DNA of 64,000 nucleotides, taken from assembly GCA_017450435.1 (NCBI GenBank), contig JAFSTO010000032.1, positions 10,420 to 74,419 of the forward strand, in the 5' to 3' direction. The translations under genes and the position numbers were made by a program. The DNA is from Paludibacteraceae bacterium (GTDB lineage: Bacteria; Bacteroidota; Bacteroidia; Bacteroidales; Paludibacteraceae). Positions 1 to 10,186 of this stretch are shown here, in pieces (position 1 is the first letter of the stretch; each line of letters begins with the position of its first letter). Under the pieces are notes generated by a model. That model was not told the origin of the DNA, searched no databases, and saw nothing but the letters and a program-made list of their open reading frames with translations.

Positions 1-1035
1 ATAGGTACGATGCCGTATCTGACCACTTATATCGAGTTTTATAACTCTAATTATTTCCAGCTCGGCTATATTGAGGTTCCGTTTTACATCACGGAGGACG
101 AGCGTCGTCATGCTTTGGACGACTTCCTCGCCCGTCTTTTTCCTCCTTTCTTTGCGATGGTAGTGTTGGTTGTTGTTCTGGGCTTGGTTTTCAGCCGCCA
201 GCTCACTCGTCCGTTGCAGAGTCTGACGGAAGGTATAAGTACGTTCCGTATAGGTAAGGCTAATGCTCATTTGCAGTATGACGGCGAGGATGAGATAGGT
301 GCTTTGGTTCGCGAGTATAACCGTATGGTGGATGAGCTCTCTGTTTCCACTGAACGCCTGGCTCGCTCGGAGCGGGAGGGCGCATGGCGAACGATGGCGC
401 GGCAGATAGCACACGAGATAAACAACCCGCTGACGCCGATGAAGCTGAATATCCAGCAGTTGCAGAGACTTAAACACAGCGGTGACCCGCGCTTTGAGGC
501 TTTCTTTGAGAACTCGACGAAGATGCTGATTGAGCAGATTGACACCTTGTCGCATATAGCGTCCTCGTTCTCTTCGTTTGCAAAGATGCCGGAGGTTCAT
601 GCCGACAAGACCGATGTGGCAGCGGCTCTCTATTCGGTGATAACCCTCTTTCGCAGCAATCAGCAACGTGTTCCGCTGCGTTATGTGGGGGCAGACCACG
701 GTGTTTTCGCTGTGGCTGACGGCGAGCAACTGCCACAGGTATTCACCAACCTGCTCAAGAACGCTCTGCAGGCGTTAGAGGAACAAGAGGACGGAGATAT
801 TATCGTTATCATGAAGGACATGGCAAACGAGGTGGAGATAACGGTGTCCGACAACGGACCGGGCATCGCTGAGGAGGTGAGAGAGAAGGTCTTTGTGCCG
901 AACTTCACAACCAAATCAACAGGAACAGGACTCGGACTGGCTATATCGAAGAACATTGTGGAGGGGGCAGGCGGTACAATACGTTTTGAAACATCCGACA
1001 AAGGAACGTCGTTCTTCGTGACTTTGAAAAAATAA
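1..1035 (+). CDS. sensor histidine kinase (TM-HAMP-HisKA-HATPase_c), probably 5'-truncated by the window edge
   Basis: ORF 10..1035 stays open in frame back to nt 1. TM stretch FFAMVVLVVVLGLVF. H-box ARQIAHEINNPLTPM, N-box NLLKNALQA, G-boxes DNGPGI and GTGLGLAISK. Confidence 0.85.
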   Translation: MGTMPYLTTYIEFYNSNYFQLGYIEVPFYITEDERRHALDDFLARLFPPFFAMVVLVVVLGLVFSRQLTRPLQSLTEGISTFRIGKANAHLQYDGEDEIGALVREYNRMVDELSVSTERLARSEREGAWRTMARQIAHEINNPLTPMKLNIQQLQRLKHSGDPRFEAFFENSTKMLIEQIDTLSHIASSFSSFAKMPEVHADKTDVAAALYSVITLFRSNQQRVPLRYVGADHGVFAVADGEQLPQVFTNLLKNALQALEEQEDGDIIVIMKDMANEVEITVSDNGPGIAEEVREKVFVPNFTTKSTGTGLGLAISKNIVEGAGGTIRFETSDKGTSFFVTLKK

Positions 1036-1046
1036 AACGATTTTTC

Positions 1047-1077
1047 TTGTGTGTTCGGGAAATAAGTAGTACTTTTG
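1047..1077 (+). promoter_or_regulatory. Bacteroidetes-type promoter (-33 TTG, -7 TACTTTTG) for the pectinesterase gene
   Basis: TTG at 1047-1049, exactly 20 nt, then TACTTTTG at 1070-1077 (TAnnTTTG). The T-run/CTTG block resembles the promoters at 50843 and 60524. Confidence 0.55.
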
Positions 1078-1081
1078 TCGT

Positions 1082-1113
1082 TAAATTGTTAAATCTTTAA
1101 TTAATTAAATTCA
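1082..1113 (+). repeat. four 8-nt periodic units in the 5' leader (TAAATTGT TAAATCTT TAATTAAT TAAATTCA)
   Basis: Read directly from the sequence. The tract ends 6 nt before the ATG at 1120. Confidence 0.6.
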
Positions 1114-1119
1114 AATATC

Positions 1120-3879
1120 ATGAAAAAATTATGTCTTTTTCTTATGTCAGTCTGCCTGAGCACTGCTCTGTGGGCAGGTGGCAATGATTTGCTGTGGGAC
1201 TACACAGAGGCTGCTCCTACCGGCAATCCTGACAACGGGTTGTACTATTCAAGTATTGTAAACGATGCTGCCGGTACGAAGAACGGCCTGAAAGGTGTCA
1301 AGCTCAATAGCTCCGGCTATGCTTATTTTACTAAGGCTGCAGTGGCAGGTAAGCTGAAACTGACCTTCGGTCCGCGTGACGGAGTAAAAGCGTCTTCGCT
1401 CAAAGTGGAAACATGGGAGGGTGAGGCTGCGTCAGCTACCAAACCGACTGGGTTATCACTGATTGCTAATACGGAAGAGCTCACGGAGTCCGGTACTGTG
1501 CAGATTGACTTGACTGCTGAGCAGAACAATATCTTTATTGAGCGCCTGTCGTCGGTAGAGATTGTGCTTCAGAAAGTTCAGTTTATAGAGTCGGTGCCCC
1601 GTTCCTTTGTGGACTTCGAGATGGTGATGTGCAATTTGGGAGCAGAGTATGATTTCAGCACTCTGCCTCAGGGTGTAACAGCCGGAGGCACCTTCAACAA
1701 CGACCAGCACGGCTATCGTGCCTTCACGATTACCGTACCGGTTGATGGCACCGTACGTTTCACTATCGGCGACTGCCAATACGGCAACCAACCGATTCCG
1801 GTGAAGAATAGGGCCGGCAGTACAATCGCTACGCTTGCCTATCCCAAAGCAGGATGCTATGGCCAGAATACTCCGGAAAATGTATTCCAATATATCTATC
1901 TGGGCGATGCCGATACACTTACTTTCGGTCCAATCCAGTATTGCAACTACTTCAAGGCAGAAGCTGCTGAGATTACTCCTTGTGTAGTGACATATAAAGA
2001 CCAGAACGGCACTGTTCTTGGCAAGTTTGACACTTATGAGGGTGCTACCCTGGCCACTATCCCCTACAACGAGACCGACCTGCCGGCAATAGGCGACGAT
2101 AATGCTTTCCGCGGCTGGTTCTACCCGAACGGCAAGAAAGCCCAAGAGGGCGATGCTATCACAGGCAACACCACACTCCAAGCTAAGGTGACGCCGATAG
2201 AGACTGTCACTGTAGGCAGCGTACAGACTTACAACTTCGCGTCAAACATCTTCTATCCTGAAGACCATGAGACGGTTGAGGCTAACGGCGGCAAGTACTA
2301 CAACAACCACGGCTGGTACTTCAACGCTGACGGCGATATCCGGATTCAGGTAGCCGGCAATGCTATTGTTGTTGTCACTCTGTGCCAATACTCGGAGAGC
2401 GGTGACGTCATCCTGAGCAACGGCGAGACGGAGATTGACCGCATGTCTGTCGTGAAGAACGAGACGGCAGACGGCGCTGAGTTCTCCGCTCAATATGAGG
2501 GTGAGGCTACAACGCTGACGCTTCATTGGACGGCTAAGCAGTATATCCACAAGGTGGTTGTTTATAACGTGTTGGATTTCCTCGAGAAAGATGAAGCAAC
2601 GGGTTACTTTATGGTTCCCGCCGGCGATGTGGCTTCGTTCCTGCTGGCACTGGTGCAGGCAGAGAGCGGAGACAAGATATTCCTGCCTAACGGCGTGTAT
2701 GACCTCGGCGAGACGGTGCTTACCACCATCAGCAAGGACAATATCTCTGTGATAGGCCAGTCGATGGAAGGCGTTATTATCAAGAACGCTCCTGATGCCA
2801 TCACCGAGAGTATCGACAAGACTGCCACTCTGAAGATTAACAAGAACGTGAGCGGCACTTATCTGCAAGACCTTACTCTGCAAAACGCCCTTGACTACTA
2901 TAAGAACGACAACGGACGTGCAGTGGCTCTCTGGGACCAAGGAACGAAGACGGTCTGCAAGAACGTGCGCCTGCTATCCTACCAAGATACCTATTACAGC
3001 AACCTCAGCGGTGCTCTCAAGTACTTTGAGGACTGCGAGATACACGGCACCGTTGACTATATCTGCGGTGACGGTAAGGTTTATTTTAAAAACAACCTCC
3101 TCTACTGCGAGAAGCGTAACAAGGCGGGTAGTGGCAGCGATGCGGTGACGGCTAATAACGGTCAGGCTACAGAAGGCTACGTGTTCGAGGGCTGTACGCT
3201 CATGAGCGAGTGCGCTACGGTCAGCTTGGGACGCGCTTGGAACAACACTCCTACCACCATCTTCCTTAATACGCTGGTTGACTATAGTGCCGGACAGTTC
3301 GGTTTCACGGGAAGCGGCATCACCCGTTGGACGGAGAAGCTGATGAATGCAAACGCTTGGCCGGTGTTCGGCGAGTATAATACTCATCTGGAGGACGGTA
3401 CGGTGATTACTCCTGAGTCGAACATCGTTACGTTCCTTGACGAGAAGAGCAACAATGCCACTCGTGACATAGAGACCGTTCTCTCCGATGACGGAGCACA
3501 GGCGTATTCGTATGACAATTTCTTCGGCACCGCATGGGACCCGGCTGCGGAAGCAGAGCAGGTGGAACTAAGCTACAAGGTAGAGGGTGAGACACTTAGC
3601 TGGCAGCCCACCACTGCTCAGGTCTTCCTCGTAGAAACAGCTGAAGGTGCAGAAATAGTAACGGAACTTCCGGCCGTTCTTCCTGAGGGTACAACAGTGC
3701 GTGCTGCTAATGCTCACGGCGGTTTCGGTCCTGCTGCAGAAGATGAGGACGAAGTGGAGGATGCACTGGAAAACACCACAACCGACTCTCAGATTGAGAA
3801 GATGATAGAGAATGGTCAGGTGTATATCCTCAAGGACGGTGTGCGTTACACCACCCTTGGTGTTGAGGTTAAGAAATAA
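1120..3879 (+). CDS. secreted multidomain CE8 pectin methylesterase with a Listeria-Bacteroides repeat and a short T9SS-like tail
   Basis: Signal peptide MKKLCLFLMSVCLSTALWA. CE8 motif series GRAVALWD, YQDTYY, VDYICGDG, LGRAWNN. Flg_new-like unit VVTYKDQNGTVLG...FRGWFYPNGK...TTLQAKVTP. C-terminal tail EKMIENGQVYILKDGVRYTTLGVEVKK. Confidence 0.8.
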   Translation: MKKLCLFLMSVCLSTALWAGGNDLLWDYTEAAPTGNPDNGLYYSSIVNDAAGTKNGLKGVKLNSSGYAYFTKAAVAGKLKLTFGPRDGVKASSLKVETWEGEAASATKPTGLSLIANTEELTESGTVQIDLTAEQNNIFIERLSSVEIVLQKVQFIESVPRSFVDFEMVMCNLGAEYDFSTLPQGVTAGGTFNNDQHGYRAFTITVPVDGTVRFTIGDCQYGNQPIPVKNRAGSTIATLAYPKAGCYGQNTPENVFQYIYLGDADTLTFGPIQYCNYFKAEAAEITPCVVTYKDQNGTVLGKFDTYEGATLATIPYNETDLPAIGDDNAFRGWFYPNGKKAQEGDAITGNTTLQAKVTPIETVTVGSVQTYNFASNIFYPEDHETVEANGGKYYNNHGWYFNADGDIRIQVAGNAIVVVTLCQYSESGDVILSNGETEIDRMSVVKNETADGAEFSAQYEGEATTLTLHWTAKQYIHKVVVYNVLDFLEKDEATGYFMVPAGDVASFLLALVQAESGDKIFLPNGVYDLGETVLTTISKDNISVIGQSMEGVIIKNAPDAITESIDKTATLKINKNVSGTYLQDLTLQNALDYYKNDNGRAVALWDQGTKTVCKNVRLLSYQDTYYSNLSGALKYFEDCEIHGTVDYICGDGKVYFKNNLLYCEKRNKAGSGSDAVTANNGQATEGYVFEGCTLMSECATVSLGRAWNNTPTTIFLNTLVDYSAGQFGFTGSGITRWTEKLMNANAWPVFGEYNTHLEDGTVITPESNIVTFLDEKSNNATRDIETVLSDDGAQAYSYDNFFGTAWDPAAEAEQVELSYKVEGETLSWQPTTAQVFLVETAEGAEIVTELPAVLPEGTTVRAANAHGGFGPAAEDEDEVEDALENTTTDSQIEKMIENGQVYILKDGVRYTTLGVEVKK

Positions 3880-3885
3880 AATACA

Positions 3886-4563
3886 ATGCTTCGTCATTGC
3901 ATGATACGCGGGGTGGTGGAGGCCGGCTGTGATGAGGCCGGCAGAGGACCATTGGCGGGTAGCGTCTTTGCCGCTGCGGTTATTCTGCCACCACACTTCT
4001 GCTCTGACGAACTGAACGATAGCAAACAACTTACGGAGAGGCAACGTGTTGCCCTCCGTGAGTTGATTGAGAATAATGCTGTGGCATGGGCGGTGGCAGA
4101 GGTGACGGCTGCTGAGATAGACCGCATCAATATCCTCAATGCCTCTCTTCTGGCGATGCATCGGGCGCTCGACAAGCTGCCGGTGACGCCCGAACATATA
4201 ATAGTGGACGGCAACCGCTGGAAACCGTACGTGCCGGAAGACGGATTATTAGAAGTGCCGGCGGACACTGTCGTCAAAGGTGATGCGAAATATATGGCGA
4301 TAGCAGCGGCTTCGGTGCTTGCCAAGACATACAGAGACGACTATATGCGGCGCCTGCATGAGGAGTATCCTCTTTACGGATGGAATCACAATATGGGATA
4401 CCCTACCAAAGAGCATTATGAGGCCCTAAACAAATACGGCCCAACGCCATACCACAGAATGACGTTTAATCTAAAAAAGAGCACGTTGACAGAAACGGGT
4501 AGAGACGCTCTTATTGAGCGAATATCAAACAAAGAGACGGCTAAAAATACCGTCTTTACCTGA
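3886..4563 (+). CDS. rnhB: ribonuclease HII
   Basis: N-terminal GCDEAGRGPLAGSVFAAAVIL catalytic motif, DSKQLT, VDGN, AASVLAK. Length about 225 aa. The last ~10 codons overlap an AGAGACGG hairpin element. Confidence 0.93.
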   Translation: MLRHCMIRGVVEAGCDEAGRGPLAGSVFAAAVILPPHFCSDELNDSKQLTERQRVALRELIENNAVAWAVAEVTAAEIDRINILNASLLAMHRALDKLPVTPEHIIVDGNRWKPYVPEDGLLEVPADTVVKGDAKYMAIAAASVLAKTYRDDYMRRLHEEYPLYGWNHNMGYPTKEHYEALNKYGPTPYHRMTFNLKKSTLTETGRDALIERISNKETAKNTVFT

Positions 4564-4630
4564 GACGGAAACATGTAGAAGGTGGTCGTACTCAACAACG
4601 GAAAACCAACAACTTAAAAACGGAAAGCGC

Positions 4631-5443
4631 ATGCGGGATTTTACACTTGATACATACCGTTCTTTGCTCCAAGCCTTGCAGCAGGCCGGCTACCGCTTTG
4701 TGACAATGAAGGAACTGTGGGAAATACAAAACGGCAAGCCTGAGGGAGAAGGACTATTCGGGCGCATCTGTTGCATGCGTCACGATGTGGACCTTCGTGC
4801 CGACCACTCGCTCAGAACGGCGCAGATAGAGTATGAACTCGGAGTGCAGGCCGTGTATTATTTCCGCGTTATACCCGAGTCCAATCAGCCGGATATTATC
4901 AGGGAGATTGCCGCTTTGAATCATGAGATAGGCTACCACTATGAGGATATGTCGATATGCGATGGCAATATGTCAAAGGCTTATGAGCATTTCTGCCGGC
5001 AATTGGAGTATTTCCGTATCTATTATCCTGTTAAGACTATCTGCATGCATGGTGCCCCCACTTCGAAGTACGATGGCAGAGACTTGTGGAAGAGATATGA
5101 CTACAAGTCGCTCGGTGTGGTGTGTGAGCCGTATATGGACCTTGACTACTCCCGCCTTTTCTACCTGACCGACACCGGCAGACGCTGGGACGGTTTCAAC
5201 GTATCGCGGCGTGATAAGATCCCGGTTTGGCAAGACCGCTGGGTGGAGAAAGGTCTGGTATTCCATTCGACGGCGGATATTATCTCCGCTTTGAGCGACC
5301 CGTCCACGTTGCTTATGCGGGAGGCCCCGGCAATACTATTTACTACCCATCCGCAGCGCTGGACCGACAACAAACGTGAGTGGTGGCAGGAATATGCGGT
5401 GCAGTCAGTGAAGAACGTAATCAAAAGAATTATTATACAATGA
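4631..5443 (+). CDS. conserved hypothetical protein, possibly with a polysaccharide-deacetylase-like fold
   Basis: The ORF track starts at 4514, which overlaps rnhB. The internal ATG at 4631 (MRDFTLDTYRSLL...) is the more likely start. MRHDVD and EIGYHYED motifs are deacetylase-like. The stop overlaps the sppA ATG (ATGA at 5440-5443). Confidence 0.4.
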   Translation: MRDFTLDTYRSLLQALQQAGYRFVTMKELWEIQNGKPEGEGLFGRICCMRHDVDLRADHSLRTAQIEYELGVQAVYYFRVIPESNQPDIIREIAALNHEIGYHYEDMSICDGNMSKAYEHFCRQLEYFRIYYPVKTICMHGAPTSKYDGRDLWKRYDYKSLGVVCEPYMDLDYSRLFYLTDTGRRWDGFNVSRRDKIPVWQDRWVEKGLVFHSTADIISALSDPSTLLMREAPAILFTTHPQRWTDNKREWWQEYAVQSVKNVIKRIIIQ

Positions 5444-7212
5444 AACAATTTCTCAAGTACACGATGGCAACTCTATGCGGATTGCTGTTGTTTTCTATTA
5501 TCAATTGCTTTATCTTCTTTGCCGTTCTTGGCAGTATAGCAGCCTTAGGAACAAGCAGTACGGTGACTAAGGCTAAGCCGCACTCGGTGTATGTGTTGGA
5601 CATGCGCGGTGTGGTGGATGAGCGTAGCGACTCTGACCCGTACAAAGCTGCCTTTAATGGCGCTATGGGCAGAGAGCAGGAACCGACTTACGGACTGGAC
5701 GATATAATAGCAAATATCCGCAAGGCAAAAGATAATCCTAATATCGACGGTATATGTCTGCGCGGAGGCAGCCTGCGGGCGGGTATGACAACGCTGAGCA
5801 CAATACGCCGTGAACTGCTCGCTTTCAAGGAGACAGGTAAGTTTGTTATTGCCTATGCTGACAGCTACGGACAAGGCAATTATTATCTTGCTTCGTGTGC
5901 AGACAAAGTGATGATTAACCCGTCAGGCTCGCTGTCGTGGCAGGGGTTGGCGGTTTCGCTGATGTTCTACCAGCGTGTTCTTAGTAACCTTGGGGTGGAG
6001 ATGCAGGTGGTAAAAGTAGGCACTTTCAAGTCTGCTGTTGAACCATTTATCAGAACCGACATGTCTGAGGCCAACAAGCTGCAATACAACACTTTCATGA
6101 GCGAGATATGGGGGCAGATGACTAAAGATGTGGCCGAGTCGAGAGGTCTGAGTTGCGAGGAGCTGAATACGCTTGCTGACCGTTATATGGGGCTGCAACC
6201 TGCTGAGGACTATGTCAGTGCAGGACTGGTTGACACATTGTGCTACACTGAAGGTGTGGACAGCCTGCTTGTCAAACTATGTGACACCGATGATGTGAAC
6301 AAACTGTCGCATAACGACATGCTTGCCTTGGAGGAAAGGCCGGGCGATTATAAGAAGAACAAGATTGCCGTGCTGTATGCCGTTGGTGATATAACAGACG
6401 ATGAGGGAGACGGTATTGTGGGCAAAAAGATGGTTAAGGAGATTGGCGGTCTGACGGAAGACGAGACAGTGAAGGCCGTTGTGCTGCGTGTCAACTCCCC
6501 GGGCGGCTCGGCTTACGCCAGCGAACAGATACACCATGCTTTGGCTCTGCTCAAGGAAAAGAAACCGGTCGTTGTGTCAATGAGCGACTATGCCGCGTCA
6601 GGAGGATACTATATATCTTGTGGCGCCAACTATATATTTGCCGAGCCGAGCACTCTTACCGGCTCAATCGGTATCTTCGGCTTGCTGCCTAATGTGCACG
6701 GTCTGATGGACAAGGTGGGTGTGGATGTTGACGGACTGGCCACCAACAAACACGGTTTGTTCGATAATAATATGATTTATCAGGGAATGAACGCAGAGGA
6801 ACGAGCAATGATGCAGGCGGAGATCGACCGTGGTTACGACCTCTTCACGCGCCGTTGCGCGGAGGGTAGAGGCGTGCCGCAGGACTCTATAAAAGCGATT
6901 GGCGAGGGCCGCGTGTGGTCAGGTGTGCATGCGCTGCAGATCGGACTGGTGGACTCATTAGGCTCGTTGGACGATGCTGTTAGCAAAGCTGCACTGCTCG
7001 CAGGCATAGAAGACTACAAAACTGTCAGCTATCCGGAGCCGGAGGACGAACTGACACGCCTGATGAACATGTTGTCGGGAAGCACGTATGTAGAGGAGTG
7101 GATGAGCAAGCGGATAGGAGTGGAGCGCTACACAATGTTGAAACGTTTGGACAGGTTATCCAAAGATGCTTCCGTTCAAGCTCGTATGCCGTATGATATC
7201 ATAATCAGATAA
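5440..7212 (+). CDS. sppA: signal peptide peptidase SppA, 67K type
   Basis: N-terminal TM segment after MKQFLKYTM. Two S49 halves with NSPGGSAYASEQI and YAASGGYYIS. Length about 590 aa. The start is moved from 5380 to the ATG at 5440. Confidence 0.88.
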   Translation: MKQFLKYTMATLCGLLLFSIINCFIFFAVLGSIAALGTSSTVTKAKPHSVYVLDMRGVVDERSDSDPYKAAFNGAMGREQEPTYGLDDIIANIRKAKDNPNIDGICLRGGSLRAGMTTLSTIRRELLAFKETGKFVIAYADSYGQGNYYLASCADKVMINPSGSLSWQGLAVSLMFYQRVLSNLGVEMQVVKVGTFKSAVEPFIRTDMSEANKLQYNTFMSEIWGQMTKDVAESRGLSCEELNTLADRYMGLQPAEDYVSAGLVDTLCYTEGVDSLLVKLCDTDDVNKLSHNDMLALEERPGDYKKNKIAVLYAVGDITDDEGDGIVGKKMVKEIGGLTEDETVKAVVLRVNSPGGSAYASEQIHHALALLKEKKPVVVSMSDYAASGGYYISCGANYIFAEPSTLTGSIGIFGLLPNVHGLMDKVGVDVDGLATNKHGLFDNNMIYQGMNAEERAMMQAEIDRGYDLFTRRCAEGRGVPQDSIKAIGEGRVWSGVHALQIGLVDSLGSLDDAVSKAALLAGIEDYKTVSYPEPEDELTRLMNMLSGSTYVEEWMSKRIGVERYTMLKRLDRLSKDASVQARMPYDIIIR

Positions 7213-7213
7213 T

Positions 7214-8209
7214 TTGAAGATTATTCGTTACATACTGTCGCTCATTTATGGTGTAGTGGTGTGGGTTAGAAACCTGCTCTTCGACGAGCACCTGCTGTAT
7301 AGTTACTCTCCTTCGGTGCCCACTATTTGCGTAGGCAATCTGGCGGTGGGCGGCACGGGTAAGACGCCTCATGTGGAGTATATTGTCCGTCGTCTGCTGC
7401 AGGAGGGATTTAGAGTGGCAGTATTGTCGCGAGGATACAAACGTCGCACCAGTGGGTTTGTGCTCGCCGATGTCAATGCTACGGCAGATACTATTGGCGA
7501 CGAGCCGCGGCAGATAGCACTGAAATTCCAAGACGTGCCGGTTGCCGTATGTGAAGACAGGGTGAGAGGAGTGAAGCGACTGATGAAGATATATCCTGAT
7601 ATCGATGTGGTGGTGCTGGACGATGCTTTCCAGCATAGGTATATCCGTTGCGGCTATTCGGTGCTTCTGACGCCGGCCGACAGACTATACTCGTCAGACC
7701 ATCTTCTGCCGTACGGTCGTCTGCGTGAGCAGAGCCGAGGCGCAATGAGGGCGGATACAATAGTGGTAACCAAGTGTCCGGACTCTATTCAACCTATCGA
7801 GCAAAGGGTGATTGAGACTACGCTGCATCCGGCACCATTCCAAAACTTGTGTTTCTCGTGGCTTAGGTATCATAACCTTCCTCAAGAGCGTTGTTTCCTA
7901 CTGACTGCTATCGCGCAACCGCAATATTTGGAAAGCAAACTCGGCGACTTGGTCTTGGACAGGCTGCTATTCCGTGACCACCACCGTTTCACCAAGCGTG
8001 ATATGGCACTTGTCGAAAAACGTTTTGCCGGCGAGGCTCCAATCTGTGTTACGGAAAAAGACTATGTGCGGCTGATGGATTCGCCCTTCCTTACCGACAC
8101 GCTCAGGCAACGACTGCATGTGGTCAGGATTGATGTGGATTTCAGAGGAAAAGACGTGTTTGACAGGTCTCTGATCAGATACGTAAAGGAAAATATAAAT
8201 CATAAATAA
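7214..8209 (+). CDS. lpxK: tetraacyldisaccharide 4'-kinase
   Basis: P-loop VGNLAVGGTGKTPHVEY, DDAFQH motif, about 330 aa. The TTG start lies immediately after the sppA stop, so the start codon is uncertain. Confidence 0.88.
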   Translation: MKIIRYILSLIYGVVVWVRNLLFDEHLLYSYSPSVPTICVGNLAVGGTGKTPHVEYIVRRLLQEGFRVAVLSRGYKRRTSGFVLADVNATADTIGDEPRQIALKFQDVPVAVCEDRVRGVKRLMKIYPDIDVVVLDDAFQHRYIRCGYSVLLTPADRLYSSDHLLPYGRLREQSRGAMRADTIVVTKCPDSIQPIEQRVIETTLHPAPFQNLCFSWLRYHNLPQERCFLLTAIAQPQYLESKLGDLVLDRLLFRDHHRFTKRDMALVEKRFAGEAPICVTEKDYVRLMDSPFLTDTLRQRLHVVRIDVDFRGKDVFDRSLIRYVKENINHK

Positions 8210-8214
8210 ACACT

Positions 8215-10137
8215 GTGCTTCGTAGGTTTCTTCCACCATATAAAGGTTATTTGGCGTTGAACATCTTGTTCAACCTGCTTAGTACTGTTCTCAGCCTCTT
8301 CTCCTTTGCGGCTATCATACCTGTGCTGCAGATACTCTTCGGTTTGGATGATGGCGCTGCGGGATACATGCCGGTTGTGTGGTCGTCAGGCATGGAGGCT
8401 GTTGTGGCTGCGCTGAAGAACAACCTGTATTTCTGGATAGGCGCGGAGGTCAGCGCAGGGAGAGCCGGGTATGTGTTGTTTGCTCTTGGGCTGTTTCTGG
8501 TGCTGATGACAGGACTGAAGTGCGGCTGCGCGTTCCTTGCGTCGTTCTTCATGGTGCCGATACGCACGGGAGTGCTGCGAGACCTAAGGCAACAGCTTTA
8601 CGAGAAGGTGGTGGCGTTGCCGATAGGTTTTTTTACGGAGGAGCGAAAGGGGGATATAATGTCTCGCATGACGTCGGATGTGGGCGAGGTGGAGGCTTCA
8701 ATAATTGCTTCGCTCGACATGCTCTTCAAGGACCCGATAATGATAATCATATATCTTGTCACCCTGTTTGTTCTTTCGTGGCAACTGACTCTGTTTGTGC
8801 TTATTTTGTTGCCCACGGCAGGTTGGCTGATAGGCAGAATAGGCAGGTCGCTAAAGCGGCAGTCAAAACGAGGACAGGAGCTGAACGCCGATATTCTGAC
8901 GCAGATAGAAGAGACGCTGGGCGGACTACGTGTGGTGAAGGCTTTTGTGGCTGAGGACAAGTTGGTGGAGCGTTTTGCGCGTCTGAACAACGAGACTCGC
9001 CGCACTTTCAACCGACTGCACCGAAGGTATATGTTGGCGCACCCCGTGAGCGAATTTCTTGGTACGGCCCTCATTGCTGTTTTGCTATGGTATGGAGGCG
9101 GGCTAATCCTTGCGGACAATGCCACTATTGATGCGGCGGTGTTTATCTACTATTTGGTGATATTCTACTCCATTATCAATCCTGCCAAAGACCTGAGCAA
9201 GGCAGCCTATTCCATTCGTAAAGGCAAGGCATCGCTTGAGCGAATTGACAGAATCCTTAATGCGGATACAGGCGTGGAAAACACGGCGGATGACAACACA
9301 ACGCCGGTACGTTCCGCCTCTCAAATGAGTTCGAGAGAATCTCGTCTCTCTGAGGCACCTGGTGACCATACTTCGGATGACGTATTGCTTTCGTTTAGTC
9401 ATGTGTCGTTTGCCTACAAGGAGGGTGTGCCGGTGTTGAAGGATATATGTTTCGATGTCAAAAAAGGCGAGACGGTAGCGTTTGTAGGTCAGTCAGGTTC
9501 GGGCAAGACTACGCTGCTTGACCTTGTGCCGCGGTTCTATGACCCGCAAGAAGGAGCAGTGATGCTCAGAGGAACGGATGTCAGAAGAATACACACCGGT
9601 GAACTGAGGGCACAGATAGGGTATGTCAATCAAGACGCTATTCTCTTTAATGACACGGTGTTTAACAATATCGTCTTTGGTCTGCCTGCAGAGGAAATCA
9701 ATCGTTCTGACGCCAATCTGACTGAGCGTGTGAGACGGGCGGCGGAGATAGCTAATGCGCTGGAGTTTATAGAAGCTATGCCTGACGGATTCGACACCAT
9801 CGTCGGTGACCGCGGTTCGCGACTCTCCGGCGGGCAGCGACAACGTATATCTATCGCGCGGGCGGTGATAACCGAGCCGGAAATTCTTATCCTTGACGAG
9901 GCTACTTCGGCGCTGGATACCGAGTCGGAACAGCTGGTTCAGCAGGCTCTGGATAACCTGCTCTCCACTGACTATTGCACCAAGCTGGTTGTGGCGCACA
10001 GGCTGTCAACAGTACGTAATGCCAATCGTATTTATGTGCTGCATGAAGGAGAGATAGTGGAGACGGGTACGCATGACCAGCTGCTGGAAAAAGGAGGGTA
10101 CTATGCAAAGCTGCTGAAAATGCAGCAGGCAAAGTAA
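8215..10137 (+). CDS. ABC exporter, fused permease/ATPase (MsbA-like lipid exporter family)
   Basis: Six predicted TM helices. Walker A GQSGSGKTT, signature LSGGQRQRISIARA, Walker B ILILDEATSALD. GTG start. Located next to lpxK. Confidence 0.85.
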   Translation: MLRRFLPPYKGYLALNILFNLLSTVLSLFSFAAIIPVLQILFGLDDGAAGYMPVVWSSGMEAVVAALKNNLYFWIGAEVSAGRAGYVLFALGLFLVLMTGLKCGCAFLASFFMVPIRTGVLRDLRQQLYEKVVALPIGFFTEERKGDIMSRMTSDVGEVEASIIASLDMLFKDPIMIIIYLVTLFVLSWQLTLFVLILLPTAGWLIGRIGRSLKRQSKRGQELNADILTQIEETLGGLRVVKAFVAEDKLVERFARLNNETRRTFNRLHRRYMLAHPVSEFLGTALIAVLLWYGGGLILADNATIDAAVFIYYLVIFYSIINPAKDLSKAAYSIRKGKASLERIDRILNADTGVENTADDNTTPVRSASQMSSRESRLSEAPGDHTSDDVLLSFSHVSFAYKEGVPVLKDICFDVKKGETVAFVGQSGSGKTTLLDLVPRFYDPQEGAVMLRGTDVRRIHTGELRAQIGYVNQDAILFNDTVFNNIVFGLPAEEINRSDANLTERVRRAAEIANALEFIEAMPDGFDTIVGDRGSRLSGGQRQRISIARAVITEPEILILDEATSALDTESEQLVQQALDNLLSTDYCTKLVVAHRLSTVRNANRIYVLHEGEIVETGTHDQLLEKGGYYAKLLKMQQAK

Positions 10138-10186
10138 ATAGCAGAATACCAACACAAACAATATTAACCTTTTAAAACTTTTTGCT

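Noticed and set aside
1456-2940. Two long - strand ORFs (1456-2181 and 2242-2940) inside the pectinesterase gene
   Set aside because: Both are antisense to an ORF that carries the full CE8 motif series. Neither has a signal peptide, a recognisable motif or a promoter.
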